Source of the DNA: Nitrospirota bacterium
GTDB lineage: Bacteria; Nitrospirota; Thermodesulfovibrionia; Thermodesulfovibrionales; UBA6898
DNA: 64,000 bases
Direction of reading: 5' to 3'
Assembly (NCBI GenBank): GCA_040753635.1
Contig: JBFMDL010000001.1
Span: 3,714-67,713, forward strand
The position numbers were made by a program, and so were the translations under genes. How positions within the stretch are numbered: the first letter of the stretch is position 1; each line of letters starts with the position of its first letter. The notes below the pieces were generated by a model. It was not told where the DNA came from and did not search any database. It saw nothing but the letters and a program-made list of their open reading frames with translations. Positions 9,724 through 16,943 of this stretch are shown piece after piece.

Positions 9724-9805
9724 GCGCGTTCCACAGGATTAAAGCAGGATATGGTATTTGAGCGGCTTATTTTGCCGATATACAGTAGAAAATAATTTAT
9801 AAAAT

Positions 9806-9891
9806 AAAGAGGCAAAATCCTCGGAGCGAAGCGAGAATGAGCGAAAATACTATATGCCGCTTTTTTAAAATATCCCATGAAATCCTCTTTA
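9806..9891. repeat. Short repeat element inserted between cusB and cusA; shares a 30-nt core with the element at 3414-3587
   Basis: The core CGGAGCGAAGCGAGAATGAGCGAAAATAC (9822-9850) matches 3513-3542 at about 26 of 30 positions. It is followed by GCCGCTTTTTT. The element is bounded by TAAAGAGG (9806-9813) and CCTCTTTA (9884-9891). Confidence 0.55.
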
Positions 9892-9901
9892 ATCAATCAT
9901 A

Positions 9902-11113
9902 TCAGTGTTTATGCCCGCCGAGGGGCGTCACATTCTTCAACTGCGCCTCGGAGTCTATAAGGAAGGTTGCTGATGAGGCTACTTTTTCACCTGCCTTCAG
10001 TCCCATTATTACCTCCCTGAAACCCTCGCCTCTTACCCCGAGCATCACTTCCCTCGGCTCGAAATATCCGTCGCCTTTGTCGACATAAACGATCTGCCTC
10101 GTTCCCGTATCTATAACCGCATCGTCAGGTATCGAAAGCTTTTTACCTATAGGGATTTTCACTTCAACGTTCGTAAACATCTGGGGCTTAAGCTGCCCGC
10201 CGGGATTTGGGATAGTGAACCTAATCTTTGCGGTCCTTGTATCACCTGAAAGGGAAGGATACACATAGTCTATTTTCGATGAGAATTCCCTGCCGGGAAA
10301 ATAACTGAGGCTTATAGCCGCAGTCTGTCCCAATCTGATCAACGGCAGTTCATATTCATAAATATCGGAAATGATCCACACGGATGAGAGGTCCGCAATA
10401 TCGAAAAGCTTTTCTCCGGGCATAACCTTCATCCCCTGCAGGGCCATTTTCTGGACAACATAGCCGCTCACAGGACTATATATCGTGAGCGTCCTTTCGG
10501 GCATTCCTGTCTCTTCCATCTTTTTTATCTGAGCATCCGTTATGTCCCAGAGCCTCAGTCTCTGCTTTGCGGCCTCTACTAATGCCTCTGCATCCTTTGA
10601 AAGCATTTCCGACTGTTTTGAGCTAAGACGCCACTTTAACACGTTAAGAAATTCCTGCTGAGTTGCAACAAGCTCCGGGCTGTAAATCTCTGCCAGCGGT
10701 TCTCCTTTTTTTACGTGCTTTCCCGTATAGTCGACGTAGAGCTTTTCTACCCAGCACTCGAACTTTGTATTTACTGTCGCAAGCCTCCTCTCATCGTATT
10801 CGATCCTGCCTACAGTCCTTATAATCTTCTGGAGCGGCTTTACAGAAACCTCAACTGTCTTAACTCCTATTAACTGTTGTTTTTCAACAGGTATTTCGAC
10901 TGTGGGAGCCTCTTCCTCGGTCTGTTCCTGTGCATTTTCAGGTTGAGCCTGAGTCTGCTGCCCATCTGCCTCATGTCCCTCATGCACAGAAGTCCCTGTC
11001 TTAGGAGTCCCGGATATTTCAGCCTTTGCTAAAATTCCTGTTTTTGAAAAATAAATCGCAAGCCCTGCAACCAGGATTAAGCCGATGATAATTATAATGT
11101 TTCTTTTTTTCAT
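9902..11113 (-). CDS. cusB: Efflux RND periplasmic adaptor (membrane fusion protein), CusB-like
   Basis: It has an N-terminal TM anchor and the HlyD/MFP barrel-sandwich pattern (..AEIYSPELVATQQEF..). There is a 4-nt overlap with the upstream OMF gene. Confidence 0.8.
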   Translation of the reverse strand: MKKRNIIIIIGLILVAGLAIYFSKTGILAKAEISGTPKTGTSVHEGHEADGQQTQAQPENAQEQTEEEAPTVEIPVEKQQLIGVKTVEVSVKPLQKIIRTVGRIEYDERRLATVNTKFECWVEKLYVDYTGKHVKKGEPLAEIYSPELVATQQEFLNVLKWRLSSKQSEMLSKDAEALVEAAKQRLRLWDITDAQIKKMEETGMPERTLTIYSPVSGYVVQKMALQGMKVMPGEKLFDIADLSSVWIISDIYEYELPLIRLGQTAAISLSYFPGREFSSKIDYVYPSLSGDTRTAKIRFTIPNPGGQLKPQMFTNVEVKIPIGKKLSIPDDAVIDTGTRQIVYVDKGDGYFEPREVMLGVRGEGFREVIMGLKAGEKVASSATFLIDSEAQLKNVTPLGGHKH

Positions 11114-12477
11114 TTCTTCTCCCCGCCGGGCGCTGCCGGCTGGACGCCGGCATATGATATCGCCTCAATTCTTCCTATTGCCTTCTCCCTTTCAGAGAAC
11201 TGTCCCCAGTATAAAAGCTCAAAATCAATGACGGACTTCAATCTCGTTATGACCGTTATCGCCTCTACCTTTCCTGTAATATAACCGGAAAGCGCCGATT
11301 CAAAATCCTGATAGGCTTTTGGTATAAGGCTCTCTTTATATAACTCCATCAGCCTCTCAGAGGTCCTTACCATGGAATAATTTTCCCTCAGGCTCGAGGC
11401 CAGCATGAACCTTGCCGCTTCAAGCTCATGCCTTGCCTCCGACAGAGAGGACTCCGCCTCGAGAACAGCCATCTTCTGCTTTGTTTTGTAAAAAAGCGGT
11501 ATATTTATTGTCGTGGTGAGGCTCCACATGTCCTCGAACTCCCCGCTTCTTTTGAAGAGGCTCGCCGCAAGCGTAAAATCGGGATAGTATTCTTTTTCGG
11601 CCATCTTAACTCTTGCCTCCGAGGCCTTAACCATCTTTTCCTTCACCTGTAGCAGGGGAGAATTCTCCTGAGCGCTCCGGAGGAGATCGTCCATCGTCAT
11701 GGTGTATGGTATGAATACAGGCTCTATGGGCCTGCCGAGAGGCGAGTTCACCTCACGGCCTGCTGTCGTATTAAGCATCGCCTCAAGAGACTGGAGTCTC
11801 TGCTTTAACATTTCGTCTTTTTCGATGAGCATATACTTCTCTGTCTGGGCCATTATAACTTCCTGCTGGGGCGCCATACCCGAGGAGTATCTTGCGAGCG
11901 CCGCATCCTCTATCCTTGAAAAGAGCTCTGTCTTTTCCGTTATGAGTTCGATATTCTTGTGTGTAAGGTAAAGGTCATAGTAGAGTTCTTTTATCCTTGA
12001 CACCAATACGAGCCTTGAATAGTCATGCTGCGCCTTGAGACCCTCTGCATCCCATGACGCCATCTCTCCTTTTAACGAGAGTTTCCCGGGAAAAGGGAAC
12101 ATCTGGGATGCGCTGAACATCCACTGCGCGCCCTCCATCTCGCCGTACGTATACCTTTTATATCCCTCATTCTGGTACCCGAACATGAACATAGGGTCAG
12201 GAAGGCTCTTTGCCTGCGGGATCTTGTATCTTGAGGTCTCAACTTTCAGACCAGAGATGATCAGATCGTGGTTGTTCCTGAGCGCCTCGTCAATAAGGTC
12301 CTGAAGCCTGAGATCTTCGGCGTGAAGGAAAGAAGCAGAAAGTAAGCAGTAGGCAGTAAGGAGTAAATAAACCAAAGAGCGGTTGCCGGAAAGACGCGGC
12401 AGAAGAGCCTTGAACCGGGAAAAAGGTCTTTTATTCCTCTCTACTGCCTTCTGCCTGCTGCCGGATGAAGTCTTCAC
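11110..12477 (-). CDS. cusC: TolC-family outer membrane efflux protein (CusC-like)
   Basis: Signal peptide ..LLLTAYCLLSASFLHAEDL followed by an OEP repeat architecture. I placed the start at the in-frame GTG at 12477, immediately after the TGA of the preceding gene. The longest ORF (to 12552) would overlap that gene by 73 nt. The start is uncertain. Confidence 0.75.
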   Translation of the reverse strand: MKTSSGSRQKAVERNKRPFSRFKALLPRLSGNRSLVYLLLTAYCLLSASFLHAEDLRLQDLIDEALRNNHDLIISGLKVETSRYKIPQAKSLPDPMFMFGYQNEGYKRYTYGEMEGAQWMFSASQMFPFPGKLSLKGEMASWDAEGLKAQHDYSRLVLVSRIKELYYDLYLTHKNIELITEKTELFSRIEDAALARYSSGMAPQQEVIMAQTEKYMLIEKDEMLKQRLQSLEAMLNTTAGREVNSPLGRPIEPVFIPYTMTMDDLLRSAQENSPLLQVKEKMVKASEARVKMAEKEYYPDFTLAASLFKRSGEFEDMWSLTTTINIPLFYKTKQKMAVLEAESSLSEARHELEAARFMLASSLRENYSMVRTSERLMELYKESLIPKAYQDFESALSGYITGKVEAITVITRLKSVIDFELLYWGQFSEREKAIGRIEAISYAGVQPAAPGGEKK

Positions 12478-12479
12478 AC

Positions 12480-12869
12480 TCAGTGCGCGTCGACGTTGAA
12501 CCTCAAAGAGGACGTCTTCCCGCCTTTTGTAATCTTTACGGCAATATTCCACGCACCCGACATTGAAAGGTTCATCCTTGCCTTGTATTTATCGCCTTTG
12601 AGCGCTGCGTCAGTCTTGTAATTCATAGCCGGCATGCCAGGCATTGCTGGCATCGAATAATCGACCTTCACTATAGCGTCGGTCACGTATTTACCGGACG
12701 GGTCTTTGATTTCGATCGCGATATTATTATCGCCCACTACAGGAGGATTTTTGTCTATCTTCACCTCCACGTCGTATTCTCCGGCCTTTTTCTTCACCTC
12801 GTAGTCCCTTGCATAGGCGAGGCCTGCAACTAAAAGTAAAATCAGTATAAATACTGTAAGTTTTTTCAT
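12480..12869 (-). CDS. Secreted Met-rich protein, FixH/YtkA-like fold (putative periplasmic Cu(I)-binding component)
   Basis: Signal peptide MKKLTVFILILLLVAGLAYA. Met-rich motif SMPAMPGMPAM. Beta-rich, about 110-aa mature domain. An AAGGAG RBS is present. It lies in the cus operon. Confidence 0.55.
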   Translation of the reverse strand: MKKLTVFILILLLVAGLAYARDYEVKKKAGEYDVEVKIDKNPPVVGDNNIAIEIKDPSGKYVTDAIVKVDYSMPAMPGMPAMNYKTDAALKGDKYKARMNLSMSGAWNIAVKITKGGKTSSLRFNVDAH

Positions 12870-12880
12870 ATCGAATCTCC

Positions 12881-13288
12881 TTATCTTTTATATTCTTTTT
12901 CAACGGTGTCCCGTATCTGTTTTACGGGATATCCTTTTTTGTAAAGTTCGAAAGCCCTAAGGGCCTCCCCTAAACAAATATCTCACATGGAAGCATGGTT
13001 GTCAACATAGCAACTCAATAAACTTTTATGCCTGAAGGCGGGGGACTCTTCGCATTTGCAATAACAGTAAATACTGTCAAGAACCCGGGGGATCTCTTTT
13101 GCCGTATGATAAGCTTTTCTTACATAAGACTCACCGAACATATCAGGATTAAGCGTAGCATTAGTCTCGCCTCTCCTTAGTGACCGGTCATGCCTGCCCG
13201 AAAGACTTTTTTGAGCCCCTTCTGCAGCAAATGCAAAAAGCATCAGCGGGATTATTATCCCGATAATCGTTGATCCCGGCATTTTCAC
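12881..13288 (-). CDS. CYCXC/PCYCGC-motif family protein, probable selenoprotein (in-frame UGA at 12983-12985 read as Sec)
   Basis: GTG start with a GGAGG RBS, a signal peptide and a CYCKC motif. The ORF track stops at TGA, but the frame continues for 33 codons (DICLGEALRAFELYKKGYPVKQIRDTVEKEYKR) to a TAA that sits inside the RBS of the next gene. Readthrough would create a U-D-I-C motif. A hairpin lies 15 nt downstream of the UGA. Confidence 0.6.
12950..12968 (-). promoter_or_regulatory. Candidate SECIS-like hairpin downstream of the in-frame UGA
   Basis: The minus-strand RNA GGAGGCCC-UUA-GGGCUUUC forms an 8-bp stem including G-U pairs. It starts 15 nt after the UGA at 12985-12983. Confidence 0.35.
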
Positions 13289-13378
13289 GCTCTCACCTCC
13301 TCAGAAATTTTATCATTCATTTACAACTGTACAAAAAGATTATGAAGAAATTTTGAAACGTGAAAAAATATAAATAAA

Positions 13379-13408
13379 TTGAATAAAAATCAGGCAATGC
13401 ACTATAAT
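13379..13408 (+). promoter_or_regulatory. Putative sigma70 promoter of the PilZ gene (TTGAAT-N18-TATAAT)
   Basis: -35 box at 13379-13384 and -10 box at 13403-13408. The ATG at 13417 is only 8 nt past the -10 box, and no SD sequence is visible. Confidence 0.35.
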
Positions 13409-13416
13409 ATTTTGTT

Positions 13417-13956
13417 ATGCATGATGAATTTGAGGATTTCAAGAAAGATTTCCTGAGTAAGGACGCCAAAGAGCCGGTTCAAAGAAAAAAATTCCAGTGC
13501 CCTCATTGCAAAGGGATCCTCGTTGAGGCATACATAGAACAAAATCCCTTCCCCGAGATCCCGTGTCCTTCCTGCGGCTCGATGCTGGATACTTCTTCAA
13601 TTGAAGAAGTTGCGATGCCTTCCAAAGACACGAGAGCCGACAAGAGATGTGAAATGTCTCTGAAGGTCTCTTATACAAGTTACAATGAGTTCATAACTGA
13701 ATATACAAAAAACGTAAGCCGCGGCGGCATGTTTATAAATACAAGGCGCAAACACGAAGTTGGAGAAAATGTAGACTTATTCCTTTATGTGCCCGGCCTT
13801 GACGAACCTTTGAGAGTGGGGGCAATGGTAGTGCATATTAATTTTCATAATGTAAAGGATGAAGACGCAGGGATAGGAGTTAAATTTGTAGATATCGACA
13901 ATTCAAGCAGGCATCTCCTGATAAATTTCATAAAATCCCGGGAAGAACGTCTGTAG
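13417..13956 (+). CDS. Zinc-ribbon plus PilZ domain protein
   Basis: The N-terminus has CPHCKG...CPSCGS. The C-terminal PilZ-like region reads RADKRCEM..., NVSRGGMFI and GIGVKFVDID. Confidence 0.75.
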   Translation: MHDEFEDFKKDFLSKDAKEPVQRKKFQCPHCKGILVEAYIEQNPFPEIPCPSCGSMLDTSSIEEVAMPSKDTRADKRCEMSLKVSYTSYNEFITEYTKNVSRGGMFINTRRKHEVGENVDLFLYVPGLDEPLRVGAMVVHINFHNVKDEDAGIGVKFVDIDNSSRHLLINFIKSREERL

Positions 13957-14077
13957 ATTCTGTAAGTGTTTGCGGCAGGGGATTCTTATAGCGTTAAAAC
14001 TTTAAAAGTTTCACCGCTATCCTTGACTAACTTTAAAATATTTTGTTAGGCTATTCTAATTTACAACAGGAGTAAAT

Positions 14078-14635
14078 ATGGCGAAGATCAAAACAGTTAA
14101 AACAACAAAAAAGGCAAAACCAGGTTCTCTTAACCCTTCATCAAAAAGCGGGAAGATTTCTTCTTTAAAGAAGAAGTCTGAGAATAAAACTGCTTCAGCA
14201 TCTTTAAAACATAAAGGTGAAACATCAAGATCAGGGAAAACAGCTATTAAAACAAATAAGAAGAATTATAGTTCTTCGAGAGATAAGAAAATCCAGGAAA
14301 TCAGGACGAATCTCCTGAGCCAGAAGGAATCTCTTTTGAGCGAGGCGGTTGTTGCTCTTAATGAGCTGCCCGGACAGACGGTATTCCCTGATCTGGGCGA
14401 CCAGGCTTCCGCCGAAACGGACAGGAATTTCATGTTAAGGCTTAGAGGCAGGGAGCAGCGTCTTTTGAAAAAAATCGAGGAAGCCATCGACCGCATCGAA
14501 AACGGCACATTCGGGATATGTGAAGACTGCGGGGAGGAAATCGATATCAAAAGACTGGAGGCAAGGCCTGTGACGACCATGTGCATTGACTGCAAGACCC
14601 TGCAGGAAGAGGAAGAAAAGCTAAGGGAAGCATAA
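14078..14635 (+). CDS. DksA/TraR family C4-type zinc finger protein with a Lys/Ser-rich N-terminal extension
   Basis: A C-terminal CEDCGEEI...MCIDCK zinc finger is preceded by a coiled-coil region. The first ~70 aa are K/S-rich low complexity. A GGAG RBS is present. Confidence 0.8.
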   Translation: MAKIKTVKTTKKAKPGSLNPSSKSGKISSLKKKSENKTASASLKHKGETSRSGKTAIKTNKKNYSSSRDKKIQEIRTNLLSQKESLLSEAVVALNELPGQTVFPDLGDQASAETDRNFMLRLRGREQRLLKKIEEAIDRIENGTFGICEDCGEEIDIKRLEARPVTTMCIDCKTLQEEEEKLREA

Positions 14636-14662
14636 GGAAGGACGCACAGTATTCCCCGGGTT

Positions 14663-15391
14663 TCAGGATATTTTGAATGCTTTGGTTTTCAGGTTCCTTT
14701 CTATAATATATCTCACATGCTCGTCAATTAATCCGGAGAACTCCGAGATGAGCTCCTTTGTCGGTTTTATTCGTTTTATATTTGATCGGCTCCAGTTCAA
14801 CAGGTGTGAATAAAGATTGATAATCCCTGCCGAGATCCTGAAGGACGTCTCGTATCCTCTTGAACAATTTTCGCACAGGACCGTTCCGTGGGAAACAAAA
14901 AATGCGTCGCCTTTCTTGCCGCATCTTCCGCAGCTGTCAAGCTTCGGCAGATAGCCTGCAAGCTCAAGGAGTCTTACTCTGTAATAGAGCATAAGCATTT
15001 CTGTCTCGCAGTCTTCCTCAAACGACAGCAGTATATCCATGAGCAAAAAAAATGCCCTTTTGTTCACTTCTCTCTCAGGCACGAAATTCAGTATGAGTTC
15101 TATCAGTTCTGATATTTTCAGATAACATTTTACGGTGTTCCTCGGCAGATGAAAAGAATTTATGATATCGGACTGGGTCAGACGGGGCAGCGCTGCATCC
15201 TCCCTGCCCCAAAAAGAAATTTTCGAATGCGTGAATGGTTCCAGGCTGCTTCCGAACCTGCTTTTAATCTTGCGGGGGCTTTTTGCGAATGTCTTTAAAA
15301 TCCCGTAATCTTTTGTAAGATATGTGACTATAAGATCTGCTTCGCCGTAAGGAGTGGTTTTTAAGACGATTCCCTCTGTCCTGTGAAGCAT
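14663..15391 (-). CDS. recO: DNA repair protein RecO
   Basis: N-terminal OB-fold pattern (EGIVLKTTPYGEADLIV) and a central CGRCG...C.NC zinc motif. It lies in the typical era-recO neighbourhood. Confidence 0.85.
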   Translation of the reverse strand: MLHRTEGIVLKTTPYGEADLIVTYLTKDYGILKTFAKSPRKIKSRFGSSLEPFTHSKISFWGREDAALPRLTQSDIINSFHLPRNTVKCYLKISELIELILNFVPEREVNKRAFFLLMDILLSFEEDCETEMLMLYYRVRLLELAGYLPKLDSCGRCGKKGDAFFVSHGTVLCENCSRGYETSFRISAGIINLYSHLLNWSRSNIKRIKPTKELISEFSGLIDEHVRYIIERNLKTKAFKIS

Positions 15392-15844
15392 CTACATGAT
15401 ATTCCCGAAATCTTCCGGCTTGAGATTTTTCAACCATTCATCAAGCTCATCGGCTGTTCGCATGCCCATTATGTTTTCATCAACGAATATCGGGGAATTT
15501 GCCCTCAGGGCGACTGCTACGGCATCGCTCGGTCTTGAATCAATTAATGTCTCCTTCTTGCCGTCGTTAAGATAAATAAGCGCATAGTATGTATTATCGA
15601 TTATCTCTGTGACCACGATTTTGGTTATCTTGATCTTGAGGCCGTCGGTGATATTCTTAACCAGATCATGTGTGAGGGGTCTCGGTGTCGCTACCTTCCC
15701 GAGCGCCAGGGCGATTGAGTCCGCCTCGGGTTTCCCGATCCATATCGGGAGTGTGCCGGCGCCGTTTAATTCCTTCAGCAACAGTATGTACATATTGCTT
15801 CTCGGGTCGAAAAGAAGACCTTCGACCTTCATTTCAACGAGCAT
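15392..15844 (-). CDS. Bifunctional nuclease family protein (BFN/DUF151)
   Basis: The motifs LPIWIG..EA.SIA, RPLTHDL and DSRPSDAVAVALR are characteristic of the DUF151 family. Confidence 0.8.
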   Translation of the reverse strand: MLVEMKVEGLLFDPRSNMYILLLKELNGAGTLPIWIGKPEADSIALALGKVATPRPLTHDLVKNITDGLKIKITKIVVTEIIDNTYYALIYLNDGKKETLIDSRPSDAVAVALRANSPIFVDENIMGMRTADELDEWLKNLKPEDFGNIM

Positions 15845-16732
15845 TTATCCATACCCCAGTTCATCAAGGAACTTTTTATTGTCCCTCCATCCTTTTTTTA
15901 CTTTTACCCATAGTTCAAGAAAAACCTTCGTGTTTAACAGACTCTCAATATCATTCCGGGCTGCTATGCCTATCGATTTGAGCTTTTCCCCTTTATTTCC
16001 TATTATTATACCTTTTTGTCCTTCTCTTTCAACATAAATATTTGCGCTGATTAATATCACCCCGTCTTTCCTGTCAGTCCATTTCATGACTTCAACAGCT
16101 GCTGAATACGGGATTTCTTCTGAAGTCTTTTCCATTATCTTTTCCCTTATTATCTCTGCGGCCATGGACCTTTCCATCTGGTCTGTAATCAATTCATCGG
16201 GATAATATTTCGGACCCGGCGGAAGATATTTCAGTATATTCTTAATGAGTATATCCATGCCATCCTTTTTGATTGCCGACACCGGTATCAATTCCTTGAA
16301 AACATGCAGTTTCATGTAATCATCTATCATCAAAAGAATATCTTTTTTCTTAACCCTGTCGATTTTGTTTATAACAAGTATGACCGGCCTGGCAAGGTTC
16401 CTGAGCAGATCAATAATAGCCTGATCCCTGTTTATATTGCGGCCTGGTTCGGTTATAAATATGACCAGGTCTATTTCTTTCAGGGCCTCTTTCGCTGCCT
16501 TTACCATTTTCTCCCCGAGCATGTGCCGGGGGCTGTGAATCCCGGGCGTATCAACAAAAACAATCTGCGCATCTTCATAAGTTTTTATTCCCAAAATCCT
16601 GTTCCTGGTGGTCTGCGGCTTTTCTGTAACGATGGAAATTTTCTGTCCGAGAATTACATTGAGGATCGTTGATTTTCCAACATTTGGAGCGCCTGTCAGT
16701 GAGACAAAACCTGAGCGGAAGGAATCCTTCAT
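15845..16732 (-). CDS. era: GTPase Era
   Basis: G1 motif GAPNVGKST, G3 motif DTPG, G4 motif NKID, and a C-terminal KH domain. Confidence 0.95.
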   Translation of the reverse strand: MKDSFRSGFVSLTGAPNVGKSTILNVILGQKISIVTEKPQTTRNRILGIKTYEDAQIVFVDTPGIHSPRHMLGEKMVKAAKEALKEIDLVIFITEPGRNINRDQAIIDLLRNLARPVILVINKIDRVKKKDILLMIDDYMKLHVFKELIPVSAIKKDGMDILIKNILKYLPPGPKYYPDELITDQMERSMAAEIIREKIMEKTSEEIPYSAAVEVMKWTDRKDGVILISANIYVEREGQKGIIIGNKGEKLKSIGIAARNDIESLLNTKVFLELWVKVKKGWRDNKKFLDELGYG

Positions 16733-16843
16733 TTAAATAACGCTAAAGATTTTTAGATTCACTGAATTCCCGTTTGCACGGGAATGTTTTATTGTCCCGT
16801 AAATACCCCTCTTTGGCAAAGTCGGAGACTCGACTCTACGAGA

Positions 16844-16928
16844 GGGGTTAGGGGAGATTTTATGAATAATACATATAAACACTTTTTTAAAAAATCCCCC
16901 TTCATCCCCCTTTTACAAAGGGGGAAAG
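16844..16928. repeat. C5/G5-tract palindromic repeat cluster (family also present at 33261-33310)
   Basis: GGGGTTAGGGGAGATTTT (16844-16861) is an inverted copy of AAAAATCCCCCTTCATCCCC (16889-16910). The hairpin CCCCCTTT-TAC-AAAGGGGG lies at 16906-16924. A related sequence, ATCCCCTTTTACTAAGTGGAGA, occurs at 33272-33294. Confidence 0.55.
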
Positions 16929-16943
16929 ATGTAAATAGTCATA

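Noticed and set aside
12478-12552. An N-terminal 25-codon extension of the TolC-like ORF (MEYCRKDYKRREDVLFEVQRRRALS).
   Set aside because: The extension would overlap the preceding FixH-like gene by 73 nt. An in-frame GTG at 12477 directly follows that gene's TGA and still precedes the signal peptide.
16766-16785. The hairpin ATTCCCG-TTTGCA-CGGGAAT followed by GTTTTATTG, considered as a terminator.
   Set aside because: The T-run is on the plus strand, whereas both flanking genes (aspC and era) are on the minus strand. No plus-strand gene ends here. I kept it only as part of the repeat-rich spacer finding.
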